This document shows positions 34,401 to 43,507 of a stretch of 64,000 bases of DNA, one piece after another. The stretch is from Gemmatimonadaceae bacterium (GTDB taxonomy: Bacteria; Gemmatimonadota; Gemmatimonadetes; Gemmatimonadales; Gemmatimonadaceae). Under the pieces are notes generated by a model. It was given only the letters and a program-made list of their open reading frames with translations. It was not told where the DNA came from and did no database searches. The position numbers were made by a program, and so were the translations under genes. Numbering within the stretch: the stretch's first letter is position 1; every line of letters begins with the position of its first letter. The stretch spans positions 2,799-66,798 of the forward strand of contig JBDTJH010000210.1 in NCBI GenBank assembly GCA_039935955.1, read 5' to 3'.

Positions 34401-35024
34401 TCCGAGAGCGCCGAGCGCGAGAAGTGGCTCGCGCCGCAGACGGTGTACGGCTACTTCCCCGTGCAGTCGAGCGGCAACGATCTCATCGTGTATGATCCCG
34501 CCGCGATGCAGAGCGACGGCGGATCGCTGCGCGAGCTCACGCGCTTCCCTTTCCCGCGTCAGGAAGGACGCGAGCATCTCTGTCTCGCAGACTATTTCCG
34601 CTCGGTAGAATCCGGCGACATTGATGTGGCGGCGTTCCAGATCGTGACCGTCGGCGATGAGGCCACGCGACGCTTCGAGAAGCTGCAGGCCGAGGGCGAA
34701 TTTTCCGAGGGCTACTATCTCCACGGCTTGGGCGTGGAGGCCGCGGAGGCGACCGCCGAGTGGGTGCACCAGCTCATTCGCCGCGAGATGGGAATTCCGG
34801 CGGATCAGGGGAAGCGCTACTCGTGGGGCTACCCCGCGTGTCCGGATCTCGAGGGACACGCGCAGCTCTTCAAGCTCCTTCCCGCCACCGAGGCGCTCGG
34901 CATCGAGCTCACGTCGGCATTCCAGCTGATGCCGGAGCAGTCGACGGCGGCGCTCGTCGTGCATCATCCGCAGGCCAAGTACTACGCGGTGCGCGGCGCG
35001 GCTGCAGAGCCGGACGCCGCATGA
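31494..35024 (+). CDS. metH: Cobalamin-dependent methionine synthase
   Basis: All four modules are recognisable. They are the Hcy-binding module (GGCCGTTPEHL), the pterin-binding module, the B12-binding DxHxxG motif (GDVHDIGK) and the AdoMet reactivation domain (PFWGAKV...ELFRLQWG). Confidence 0.97.
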   Translation: MPQPRFPSAYLDALDRRVLIYDGAMGTNIQRAGLTADDYGGQSLEGCNDNLVLTRPDVIQTIHESFLAVGCDVVETCTFQSTPRRLTEWGLGDKTDAINIGAAQLARAACAKYATTAWPRFVAGSMGPTGMLPSSADATLSDISFAELAENYYQQAKGLVAGGVDVLLIETSQDILEVKAAIAGIERLFSELGHRVALQAQVTLDTSGRMLLGTDIASAMTTLESLGVDVIGLNCSTGPEHMREPIRYLGEHARLPISVIPNAGLPLNTGVGEAVYPLEPAPMAAALAEFVHDFGVRIVGGCCGTTPEHLSAIVAAVKKVEAKHEAPSERQETHIPRVSSAMRAITLHQDPPPLLIGERVNAQGSRKVKRLLLAEDYEGIVQVGREQMEAGAHVLDVCVAVTERADEAAQMSEVVRLLSMSVESPLMIDSTELDVIKAALEHIPGRAIVNSINMENGRARIDSVLPVVKANGAAVVALTIDEVGMAKTAERKLEIARRIHDIAMKEYGLEPEDIIFDALTFTLATGEAEWLPSAHETIEGIKLIKRELPGVFTSLGVSNVSFGLDQNARAVLNSVFLHHCVSAGLDMAIVNPAHVTPYVEIPADERALADDMVFNRRPDSLQRFIEHFAARGPNAAAEAASGAADATAMEPDERVRWHVLYRKKDGVEAALDAAGVREQPVRVLNEVLLPAMKEVGDRFGAGDLILPFVLQSAEVMKKAVAHLEKFLERKEGYTKGKVVLATVYGDVHDIGKSLVNTILSNNGYTVYDLGKQVPVNTIIDKAIEVGATAIGLSALLVSTSKQMPICVQELDRRGLDFPVLIGGAAINRRFGRRAMFLENERAYAPGVFYCKDAFEGLDTMESLIDADKRGPMVLELIDSARKDVFLRTAVGKDISHGDSAGQRSAVIATNPVPKPPFWGAKVRRDIPVADVLALLDIDELFRLQWGGRGSGPAWEKAVLEEFRPALARLSESAEREKWLAPQTVYGYFPVQSSGNDLIVYDPAAMQSDGGSLRELTRFPFPRQEGREHLCLADYFRSVESGDIDVAAFQIVTVGDEATRRFEKLQAEGEFSEGYYLHGLGVEAAEATAEWVHQLIRREMGIPADQGKRYSWGYPACPDLEGHAQLFKLLPATEALGIELTSAFQLMPEQSTAALVVHHPQAKYYAVRGAAAEPDAA

Positions 35025-36931
35025 CCGCGACGATCGGACTCGCGAAGAACACTGCGCGGCCGGATGTACGCGACATCGCGGACCCCGAGCGTATCATGGT
35101 GGCCGATGGCGCGATGGGGACGATGCTCTACTCGCGCGGCGTCTTCATCAACCAGTGTTACGACGAGCTGAACGTCCGCTCTCCGGAGCTCGTCCTCGAT
35201 GTGCATCGCGCGTACGTGAAAGCAGGCGCCGAGCTGATCGAGACGAACAGCTTCGGCGCGAACCGGCTCAAGCTCGCGCAGTATGGACTCGAGAATCACG
35301 TCGCGGAGTTCAACCGTCGCGCGGCGGAGATCGCGCGCGAGGCCGCTGGCGCCAACGTACTCGTCGCCGGCGCCGTCGGCCCACTCGGCGTTCGCATCGA
35401 GCCCTTCGGCTCCACGAGCCGCGAGGAGGCGCGCGGGCACTTCCGCGAGCAGATGCAGGCGCTGCTCGAAGGTGGCGCGGACTGCTTCCTTCTCGAGACC
35501 TTCGGTGACCTCGGCGAGATGGAGCAGGCGATCGCGGCGGCGCGCGAGATCTCTCTGTCGACGCCCGTGATCGCGCAGATGACGATCGGCCAGGATGGGC
35601 TCACGCCGTTCGGCGCGACGCCGGAAGATGTCGCGCGCACGCTGGACGACTGGGGCGCGGACGTGATCGGTCTGAACTGCTCCGTCGGGCCGCAGGCGAT
35701 CCTCGAAGCGATCGAGCGGATGGCCGCGGTGACGAAGCGGAAGCTGAGCGCGCAGCCGAACGCGGGGATGCCGCGCGATGTCTCGGGGCGCACGATGTAC
35801 ATGGCGAGCCCTGAGTACATGGCGAGCTACGCGCGCCACTTCATCCAGGCGGGCGCGAAGCTCATCGGCGGATGCTGTGGAACGACACCCGAGCACATCA
35901 AGTCGCTCGTCGATGGCATCCGCCCGCTCATGCCGCGCAACCAACGCAAGCCGAGCGTGCGCTACCAGATGCCGGTCGGTCTCGAGGACGGTGGCGGGGA
36001 GCATGCGACGACCGACGCGGGCGTCGAGGAGATGCCCTTCGCGCAGCGCTCGCGCTGGGCGGGGAAGATCGCGCGCGGGGAGTTCGTCACGTCGGTCGAG
36101 ATCGTCCCGCCGCGCGGCGTCGACGCGACCTCGATGCTCGAAGGCGTGTCCGCGCTCAAGGTCGCAGGCGTCGATGCGGTGAACGTCCCCGATGGACCGC
36201 GCGCGCAGAGCCGCATGGGCGCGCTCATGACGAGCCTCCTGATCGAGCAGCGCATCGGGATGGAGACGGTCACGCACTACTGCTGCCGCGACCGGAACCT
36301 CCTCGGAATGCTCAGCGATCTGCTCGGCGCATCCGCGATGGGGCTGCGCAATCTGCTCATCATCACGGGCGATCCGCCGAAGATGGGTCCCTATCCCGAC
36401 GCGACGGCGGTATTCGACATCGACTCGATTGGCCTCACGAATCTGGTGAGCCGGTTGAACAAGGGACTCGATCCGGGCGGCAACTCGATCGGACAGGCGA
36501 CCGCGTTCACCATCGGCGTCGGTGTGAATCCCGCAGCGATCGATCCAGCGTATGAGCTGCGGCGCTTCGAGTGGAAGGTCGGAGCGGGCGCCGAGTATGC
36601 GATCACGCAGCCGGTGTTCGACGTCGCGCAGCTCGAGAAGTTTCTCGACTCGATCGCGCATGTGCGTATTCCGATCGTGGCGGGGATCTGGCCGCTGGTC
36701 TCGGCGCGCAACGCGGAGTTTCTCGCGAACGAGGTGCCTGGCGTGGTGGTGCCCGAGGCCGTGCTGGCGCGGATGCGCGCGGCGAGCGAGAAGTCGAAGG
36801 AGCACGCGGTGGCGGAAGGGATCGCGATCGCACGCGAAATGCTCGAGCGCGTGCGTGGCGCCGTGCAGGGCGCGCAGGTCTCGGCCCCGTTCGGCAAAGT
36901 CGAGCTCGCGGTGCGGGTGTTCGAGAGCTGA
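35021..36931 (+). CDS. Bifunctional homocysteine S-methyltransferase / 5,10-methylenetetrahydrofolate reductase (YitJ-like fusion)
   Basis: The ATG at 35021 overlaps the metH stop as ATGA. The N-terminal half reads ADGAMGTMLYSRG...IETNSFGAN...GGCCGTTPEHI. The C-terminal MTHFR half reads VEIVPPRG...THYCCRDRN...LLIITGDPP. Confidence 0.92.
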   Translation: MTATIGLAKNTARPDVRDIADPERIMVADGAMGTMLYSRGVFINQCYDELNVRSPELVLDVHRAYVKAGAELIETNSFGANRLKLAQYGLENHVAEFNRRAAEIAREAAGANVLVAGAVGPLGVRIEPFGSTSREEARGHFREQMQALLEGGADCFLLETFGDLGEMEQAIAAAREISLSTPVIAQMTIGQDGLTPFGATPEDVARTLDDWGADVIGLNCSVGPQAILEAIERMAAVTKRKLSAQPNAGMPRDVSGRTMYMASPEYMASYARHFIQAGAKLIGGCCGTTPEHIKSLVDGIRPLMPRNQRKPSVRYQMPVGLEDGGGEHATTDAGVEEMPFAQRSRWAGKIARGEFVTSVEIVPPRGVDATSMLEGVSALKVAGVDAVNVPDGPRAQSRMGALMTSLLIEQRIGMETVTHYCCRDRNLLGMLSDLLGASAMGLRNLLIITGDPPKMGPYPDATAVFDIDSIGLTNLVSRLNKGLDPGGNSIGQATAFTIGVGVNPAAIDPAYELRRFEWKVGAGAEYAITQPVFDVAQLEKFLDSIAHVRIPIVAGIWPLVSARNAEFLANEVPGVVVPEAVLARMRAASEKSKEHAVAEGIAIAREMLERVRGAVQGAQVSAPFGKVELAVRVFES

Positions 36932-36990
36932 CTCCGCGCGGCACGGTTCCGGCTATATTGACGAGTCACCCGTCGAGGCGAGGAGTTCAG

Positions 36991-37479
36991 ATGAAGGGGA
37001 TCCTGATCATCGATCATGGTTCGATGAAGGAAGCCGCGAACCACATGCTCGAATGTGTGGGCGAGCTCGTGCAGCGCATGGCTGGCGAGGGCGTGGTCGT
37101 GCGAGTGGCGCACATGGAGCTCGCGTCGCCGACCGTCGCCGATGGCTTCGCGGCGTGCATTGCCGCCGGCGCGACGGAGATCGTCGCCTTCCCGTACATG
37201 CTGTCGCCGGGCAAGCACTCCACGCGCGACATTCCGCGGATGGTCGCGGAGATCTCGGCCGAACACCCTGGCATCTCCGTCCAGGTGACGACGGCGTTCG
37301 GCGTGAACGAACAGCTGGCGGCAGTCGTGCTCGCGAAGGCGGGGGTCGCGCCGGTGGCGCACGTGGACCCGCATCGCTGCGAGCGTCCCGCGGGAACGCC
37401 GGAGCGCTACTGCGGCGACGGCTGCGCGGAGAACAACTCTCCCGCCACGCTTCGCCTGGCGGGGACGCTCTCCGTTTAG
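36991..37479 (+). CDS. Small CbiX-like (class II chelatase fold) protein with a Cys-rich C-terminal tail
   Basis: An AG-rich RBS (gaggcgaggag) precedes ATG 36991. CbiX-type features are ILIIDHGS, MELASPTVADGF and IVAFPYMLSPGKHSTRDIP. The tail reads HRCERPAGTPERYCGDGC. Confidence 0.7.
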   Translation: MKGILIIDHGSMKEAANHMLECVGELVQRMAGEGVVVRVAHMELASPTVADGFAACIAAGATEIVAFPYMLSPGKHSTRDIPRMVAEISAEHPGISVQVTTAFGVNEQLAAVVLAKAGVAPVAHVDPHRCERPAGTPERYCGDGCAENNSPATLRLAGTLSV

Positions 37480-37598
37480 GGAAGAGTTAGCGGCGAGAAT
37501 ATTTTGAAAAACAGGTAGTCGACGCATGCCTGCCGGCGAGCCCTCCTCCCTCCAGGCGGACGCTGCGCGCCGATGGCCCCGCGAGTAAGATTGTCACC

Positions 37599-38765
37599 AT
37601 GACTACCGACGCTTCGGGTGCGCACGCCCCGCTCACGGTGCTGTCCGAGGAAGAGAATGCATTCCGCGAGGCCGTCGCGGAATTCGCCGCGCAGGAAGTG
37701 CGGCCGCGCGTGCAGGAGATGGAGCGCGCCGCGCGCATCGATCCCAAGCTGACCTCCGCGCTCTTTGAGCTCGGGCTCATGGGCATCGAGGTCCCCGACC
37801 AATACGGTGGCGCGGGCGGCTCGCTGATGATGATCACGCTCGCCGTCGAGGAGATCAGCCGCGTGGACGCGTCTGCGGCGATCATGGTCGACGTGCAGAA
37901 CACGCTCGTCAACTATCCGATCTCGCGCTACGGCACCGATGCGCAGCGCGAAAAGTTTCTGCCGCGCCTCGCGGCGAAGATGATCGGCGCGTACGCGCTG
38001 TCGGAGGCCGGCTCGGGGTCGGATGCGTTCGGCCTCGCCACGCGCGCGGTGAAGCACGGCGACGACTGGTCGATCACCGGACGCAAGCTCTGGATCACGA
38101 ACGGCGCGGACGCGGGCGTCTTTCTCGTGTTCGTGACCGTGAACCCCGACGCGGGCTACAAGGGAATCACCGCCGTTCTCGTCGAGCGCGACACCCCGGG
38201 CTTCACGGTCGGGAAGAAGGAAGACAAGCTCGGCATCCGTGCCTCGAGCACGACGGAGTTGCTCTTCGACGGATGCGTAGTGCCCGCCGCGAACGTGCTC
38301 GGCGAAGTCGGCCAGGGCTACAAGATCGCCATCGAGACGCTCAACGTCGGCCGCATCGGGATCGGCGCACAGATGATCGGCATCGCGCGCGGCGCGCTCG
38401 ATGCGACCTTCGCGTACGTGAAGGAGCGCAAGCAGTTCGGGACGCGGCTCGCGGATTTCCAGGGCATTCAGTTCCAGCTCGCGCAGGCGGCGACGGAGCT
38501 CGAGGCCGCGCGGCTCCTCGTCTACAATGCCGCGCGGATCAAGGATGCGGGCGGGCAGTTCACCCGCGAGGCGGCGATGGCGAAGCTCTTCGCCTCACAG
38601 GTGTGCGAGCGCGTCACGTCGCTCTGCGTCGAGCTGCACGGCGGCTATGGCTACACGAAGGACTATCCCGTCGAGAAATTCTACCGCGATGCGAAGATCG
38701 GCACGATCTACGAGGGCACGTCCAACATGCAGCTCAACACGATCGCGAAGCTGCTGCTGAAGTAG
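37599..38765 (+). CDS. Acyl-CoA dehydrogenase (short/branched-chain type)
   Basis: Motifs are AYALSEAGSGSDAF, GRKLWITNG, KLGIRASSTTEL, FGTRLADFQGIQFQLA and YEGTSNMQLNTIAK. Confidence 0.93.
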   Translation: MTTDASGAHAPLTVLSEEENAFREAVAEFAAQEVRPRVQEMERAARIDPKLTSALFELGLMGIEVPDQYGGAGGSLMMITLAVEEISRVDASAAIMVDVQNTLVNYPISRYGTDAQREKFLPRLAAKMIGAYALSEAGSGSDAFGLATRAVKHGDDWSITGRKLWITNGADAGVFLVFVTVNPDAGYKGITAVLVERDTPGFTVGKKEDKLGIRASSTTELLFDGCVVPAANVLGEVGQGYKIAIETLNVGRIGIGAQMIGIARGALDATFAYVKERKQFGTRLADFQGIQFQLAQAATELEAARLLVYNAARIKDAGGQFTREAAMAKLFASQVCERVTSLCVELHGGYGYTKDYPVEKFYRDAKIGTIYEGTSNMQLNTIAKLLLK

Positions 38766-38778
38766 ATCGCGCGATCGA

Positions 38779-39534
38779 CTATTGCCGCAACGCGCCAAGC
38801 ACGCCTGGGAGCGCGCCGATGAACCAGACGATCGCGGCGGCAAGATAGGAGTTCGATTTCGAGACCTTCCCCGTCACCTGTAGCCCGATCGCGAGCAGAA
38901 TCGTCTCCCAGATCGTGAAGACGTCGACGCGCGCGAGCATCGCGATGAGAACCGGCGACGTCGTGTCGGGGTTCAGCAGGGAGCCCACGCCGACCGATAG
39001 TCGCACCAATCCGTTCAATCGCTCCGGACTCGAGAGATACGCGATGAGCGCTCCCGCGAGCGATGCGAGGATCTTGGGGAAGAACGCGTACGTCGCGACC
39101 ATGAGCGCCTGAGTTCCGTTCTGCTTCGACTCGAAGATCTTCCCCACCAGCCAGAGCACGAGCCCAGTGAGCATCACCATGATCGGGATCGCGACGATGA
39201 TGATGTATGGTCCGATCTTCGCGCCCATCGCCTGCTGCTGCTGTATCTGTGCCGCGGTGATCTCCGGATGTTGCTTCATCGTGTGCGCCATCGCTCGCGC
39301 CATGTCGCCGTCGACGGCCGGCTGCACGAGCGACTTCGTGCCCAGGATGAGAATTGCAAAGATCACCGTAAGAACGATCAACGGAACGCCGAATCCCGAA
39401 TTCTCACGACGTCTGAACACGGCGGCCGGCGACGTGAAGATGTCGATGAAGTCCTCCCACAGCGACGCGTTCGGCACTGCAGGTGTGAGCGTAGGCTCGG
39501 TCACGTTCCGGCTCCGGGAGTTGAGTGAATGCAA
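38779..39534 (-). CDS. Yip1-domain membrane protein
   Basis: The N-terminus reads LWEDFIDIFTSPAAVFRR. Five TM helices follow, with a Gln-rich loop. The topology is typical of the Yip1/DUF1282 family. Confidence 0.7.
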   Translation of the reverse strand: MHSLNSRSRNVTEPTLTPAVPNASLWEDFIDIFTSPAAVFRRRENSGFGVPLIVLTVIFAILILGTKSLVQPAVDGDMARAMAHTMKQHPEITAAQIQQQQAMGAKIGPYIIIVAIPIMVMLTGLVLWLVGKIFESKQNGTQALMVATYAFFPKILASLAGALIAYLSSPERLNGLVRLSVGVGSLLNPDTTSPVLIAMLARVDVFTIWETILLAIGLQVTGKVSKSNSYLAAAIVWFIGALPGVLGALRQ

Positions 39535-39583
39535 CTATGATCCATGAGCGTACGTAGTCTCGCCAGTACCCGTTTCACACAAT

Positions 39584-41110
39584 GTGAAAGCTCTCCCAAC
39601 GGTATGTTCAAGGGACTTCCGCCCAGGTGCCATCGTGCCTCGCACGCTTCTAGCACTTCTCTCCCTGTTCGCTGCCGTGCCGCTGGCCGCACAGGTGCCC
39701 GCTGCCGAGTACGCGGCACGACGCGACTCGCTCGCAGCGACGATGCGCGACGGCGTTCTGCTTGCCCTCGGCGGCGAGGAGCCGGCCGAGGACTTCCTCA
39801 CCTTCTACCCAGTCCCGTCCTTCTACTATCTGACGGGAGTGACGGAGCCTGGCGCAGCGCTCGTCATGGTGAAACGGAACGACACCGTCTCCACGACGAT
39901 CTTCGTCGAGCCGCGCGATCCCGCGCGAGAGTCATGGACCGGCGCTCGGCTCGGCATGGATGGAATGACGCGCGCGACCGGAATCCCCTCGCGCTCGATC
40001 GAGCAGCTCGTGCCCGTGCTCGACTCGGTGCTCGCGTCGAGCAACCATCTGAGCGTGGTCGGTGATCTTTCGGGCGATGGATTCGCCACGCGCGACGAGC
40101 AGTTCGTAGCCTCGCTGAGCAAGAAGCATCCGAACATGCAGATGCAGCCCGCCAACGATCTCGTCGCGCGCTTGCGCATGCGGCACAGCGCCGCGGAGCT
40201 CGCGCTCGAGCGCAAGGCGATCGACATCACGGTGCGCGCGCAGCACGACGCGATCTCCGCGATTCGCCCCGGCATCAACGAGTTCGAGATTCAGGCGCTC
40301 ATCGAGTACACCTTTCGTCGCAACGGCGCCGACCGCCCGTCCTTCGCCACCATCGTCGGCTCAGGGCCCAACTCGACCGCACTGCATTACTCCGCGAACG
40401 ACCGTTTCATGAAGGCCGGCGACGTCGTGGTGATGGACATCGGCGCGTCGTATCGCGGCTACGCTGCGGACGTCACGCGTACGGTTCCGGTAAGCGGCAC
40501 CTTCACCACCGAGCAGCGCGCGATCTACCAGGTCGTGCGCGACGCGCAGCACGCCGCGGAGTCGATCGCGAAGCTCGGCGTCACGTCCACGCAGATGGAA
40601 GCGGCCGCCGACAAGGTGCTTGCGGAGGGGCTCGCGAAGCTCGGGCTCATCGAGTCGGCGGACGCCACCTACGATCCGGGGGGCGAGCTGTGTCGCAGAC
40701 GGATCTCACGCGGCTGCTCCCAGCTCTCGCTCTTCTACTTTCACGCGCTCGGCCACGCGATCGGGCTCGAGGTGCACGACCCCACATCGTACGTCATCGC
40801 GCCGGGAAACACGTTTACGATCGAGCCCGGGATCTACGTGCGTCCCCACGTCCTCGAAGATCTCGCGGATACGCCGAAGAACCGCGCGCTGGTTGCGAAG
40901 CTGCGTCCGATCGTGCGGCACTACGCGAACATCGGCGTCCGCATCGAGGATGATTATTTCGCGACGGAGCGCGGCGTGGAGTGGATCTCGCGCGGGCCGC
41001 GCGAGGCGAGCGAGATCGAGGAGTTGATGCGGACGCGCGCGGCGGTGCCGGCCCCGCGCGACTCGACGATCGTGAACTGGTACCGCCAGACGGAGCCCGG
41101 CACGCTCTAG
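39584..41110 (+). CDS. Xaa-Pro aminopeptidase (M24B family), secreted
   Basis: The signal peptide is LLALLSLFAAVPLAAQ. M24 metal-ligand contexts are VVMDIGASYRGYAADVTRT, HALGHAIGLEVHD, TIEPGIY and GVRIEDD. The start is ambiguous between GTG 39584 and GTG 39638. Confidence 0.9.
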   Translation: MKALPTVCSRDFRPGAIVPRTLLALLSLFAAVPLAAQVPAAEYAARRDSLAATMRDGVLLALGGEEPAEDFLTFYPVPSFYYLTGVTEPGAALVMVKRNDTVSTTIFVEPRDPARESWTGARLGMDGMTRATGIPSRSIEQLVPVLDSVLASSNHLSVVGDLSGDGFATRDEQFVASLSKKHPNMQMQPANDLVARLRMRHSAAELALERKAIDITVRAQHDAISAIRPGINEFEIQALIEYTFRRNGADRPSFATIVGSGPNSTALHYSANDRFMKAGDVVVMDIGASYRGYAADVTRTVPVSGTFTTEQRAIYQVVRDAQHAAESIAKLGVTSTQMEAAADKVLAEGLAKLGLIESADATYDPGGELCRRRISRGCSQLSLFYFHALGHAIGLEVHDPTSYVIAPGNTFTIEPGIYVRPHVLEDLADTPKNRALVAKLRPIVRHYANIGVRIEDDYFATERGVEWISRGPREASEIEELMRTRAAVPAPRDSTIVNWYRQTEPGTL

Positions 41111-41111
41111 T

Positions 41112-41131
41112 GGCCTGACCGACGGCAGGCC
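41112..41131 (+). terminator. Weak candidate terminator hairpin after the aminopeptidase gene
   Basis: The hairpin is GGCCUG-accgacgg-CAGGCC, with a 6-bp GC-rich stem starting 2 nt after the stop. No clear U-tract follows. Confidence 0.3.
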
Positions 41132-41292
41132 CGGGGTTAGAAAGCTAATGGCTACATTCTCGGCTCATCAGCGTCGATCGACGCGGGCACGAAAATTTCC
41201 AATCGAATCCAGCAAGACGAGGGCAGCTTCGTCCGCGCACGCGCCGCGTTGACGCGCCGCACTCCTTGCGCCTCCACCCCGTCTTCGTCTGC

Positions 41293-42543
41293 ATGCCGGC
41301 CTCCGCGATCGATGAGTCTCCGCTCCGCGCGATGCCGCGCTCCGCGCCGCCCGCGCGTATTCTGCTCGTGGCCCCGCAGCCATTTTTCGAATCGCGGGGG
41401 ACGCCGCTGAATGTGCTGGCCATGACGCAGACGCTCTGCGCGGCCGGTCACGAGGTCCATTTGGCGACGTACGCCGTGGGCGAGACGGTGCCAGTTCCCG
41501 GACTCACCTATCATCGGGCCGCCCGCATTCCGGGGGCCGACGAGGTGCCGATCGGCTTCTCGCTTCGCAAGATGGTGCACGATGCCGCGCTCGCGGCGCT
41601 CGTGGTGCGTCTGCTCGCGACACGTCGGTTCGACGTCGTGCACGCCGTTGAGGAGTCGATTTTCTTCGCCATGCCGCTCGCTCTCGCGCGCGGCATACCG
41701 GTGATCGGCGACGTGGATTCGTGCCTCTCCGACCAACTCGCGAACCGTGGGCTTCGCCACCTCCCTGGCGCGGTGCCGCTTGTGCGCGCGGCCGAGCGCG
41801 CCGCCTTGCGCCGCGCCCGGCTGGTCATCACGGTGTGTCGCGCCCTCACAGAGATGGTGGCATCCCGCGCCCCCGGCGTGCCCGTGGCCCAGATCGAGGA
41901 TTGCCCGCCCGAAGGGACGAGTCGTCCGGCCGACGCCGACAGCGTGGCCACGCTCCGGAGCAGATGGAATCCCGATGGCGCGCCGCTCGCCGTCTACACC
42001 GGCAATTTCGCGCCGTATCAGGGCCTCGATCTGCTCTTCGGCGCGCTGCCGACCCTCGCCGCGGTCGCCCCCGCCGCGCACGTGCTGCTCGTCGGTGGCA
42101 CGGCGGCCGAGATCGCCAGCGCACAGTCGGCGCTCGCGCAGCGCGGGCTCGCCGATCGCGTGCGATTCGCCGGCCGTCAACCGCTCGAGAGTATGCCCGC
42201 GTTCACAGCGTTGGCCGACGTACTCGTCTCACCTCGAAGCGAGGGCGACAACACCCCCCTCAAGATTTTCGCATATATGGCGTCGGGGCGACCCATCGTG
42301 GCCACGGATCGCCGCACGCACACGCAGGTGCTCGACCACACGAGCGCGCTATTGTGCGCGGCCACCCCCAAGGCGCTGGGAGAGGCACTTGGGGCGGTCC
42401 TCAACGATCCGTCCGCCTATGCCGCGCGAGCGCTGGAAGCGAGTGCCCGCGCGGCGCGAGACTTCTCGCGGGCTGCTTTCTCGCGGAAGCTGCTCGCCGC
42501 GTACGACAGCGTGCTCGCCGGCGTCGGTTCTCTCCCACCTTGA
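41293..42543 (+). CDS. Family-4 (GT-B) glycosyltransferase
   Basis: The N-terminus reads ILLVAPQPFFESRGTPLNV. The C-terminal half reads VLVSPRSEGDNTPLKIFAYMASGRPIVATD. The start is ATG 41293, with an alternative at 41332. Confidence 0.85.
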   Translation: MPASAIDESPLRAMPRSAPPARILLVAPQPFFESRGTPLNVLAMTQTLCAAGHEVHLATYAVGETVPVPGLTYHRAARIPGADEVPIGFSLRKMVHDAALAALVVRLLATRRFDVVHAVEESIFFAMPLALARGIPVIGDVDSCLSDQLANRGLRHLPGAVPLVRAAERAALRRARLVITVCRALTEMVASRAPGVPVAQIEDCPPEGTSRPADADSVATLRSRWNPDGAPLAVYTGNFAPYQGLDLLFGALPTLAAVAPAAHVLLVGGTAAEIASAQSALAQRGLADRVRFAGRQPLESMPAFTALADVLVSPRSEGDNTPLKIFAYMASGRPIVATDRRTHTQVLDHTSALLCAATPKALGEALGAVLNDPSAYAARALEASARAARDFSRAAFSRKLLAAYDSVLAGVGSLPP

Positions 42544-42547
42544 AGCC

Positions 42548-43507
42548 ATGACCCAGATCGCCGTCGCGATCGTCAACTACAACACCATCGGCGATCTGCG
42601 CAACTGCCTCGCCACAGTGCGCGCCGCAGGCGCGACCGAGATCGTGCTCAAGGACAATGGTTCGACAGACGGAAGCGTGGAGATGGTGGAGCGCGAATTT
42701 TCCGAGGTGCGAGTGCTCGACTCGCGCGACAATCCCGGCTACGGTGCCGCCTCCAACCAGGCGATCGCCGCCTGCCGCGCGCCGTACGTGCTCCTGCTCA
42801 ACAGCGACATCCTCCTCGCGCCCGAGACGCTCGACGTGCTCGTCGAGTATCTCGACGCGCACCCGCGCGCCGCCATCGTCGGTCCGCGACTCCGGAATCC
42901 GGACGGCACGCTACAGCGCTCCGCGCACGCCTTTCCTCGGCCAGTTACGCTGCGCCCCGTCGTCCGGCACATCCCCGGGCTGCGCGACCGTTCATTGCTT
43001 ACCTGGCCTCACGACCAGCCGCGCGTGGTCCAGTGGGTGAAGGGAGCCGCGCTCGCGATCCGCCGCACGGCGTTCGACGCGGTCTCTGGATTCGACCCCG
43101 CATTCTTCATGTATTTTGAAGAAACCGATCTCTGTTATCGGCTGCACGAGGCGGGCTGGGAGATCCACTTCACCCCCGCGACGACGATCGTGCACAAGGG
43201 CGGCGCGAGCACCGAGCAGATGAGGGCCGACATGGCGGTGCAATTCTACGCAAGCATGCGGCAGTTCTATCGATATCACTATCCCACCGCCGATCTGCGT
43301 CGACTCGACGCGGTGCTGCGCCTGCAGTCGCGGCTCGCCCTCGCGCGCGACCGCGCCCGGTTGCTGTCCACCCGCGATCCGCGAGCCGCCGCAATACTCG
43401 CGGACGACGTTCGTGTCTGGCGCCGAGTGCTCGCGGGCGACTGGCCTGTGCGGCCAACACCCGTTTCAGCACCAGAGCCACAGGAAAAAATCGATCACCG
43501 GCCGTAG
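42548..43507 (+). CDS. Family-2 glycosyltransferase (rhamnosyltransferase-like)
   Basis: The start is MTQIAVAIVNYNT. Motifs are LKDNGSTDGS, NPGYGAASNQ and LLLNSDI. Confidence 0.88.
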   Translation: MTQIAVAIVNYNTIGDLRNCLATVRAAGATEIVLKDNGSTDGSVEMVEREFSEVRVLDSRDNPGYGAASNQAIAACRAPYVLLLNSDILLAPETLDVLVEYLDAHPRAAIVGPRLRNPDGTLQRSAHAFPRPVTLRPVVRHIPGLRDRSLLTWPHDQPRVVQWVKGAALAIRRTAFDAVSGFDPAFFMYFEETDLCYRLHEAGWEIHFTPATTIVHKGGASTEQMRADMAVQFYASMRQFYRYHYPTADLRRLDAVLRLQSRLALARDRARLLSTRDPRAAAILADDVRVWRRVLAGDWPVRPTPVSAPEPQEKIDHRP

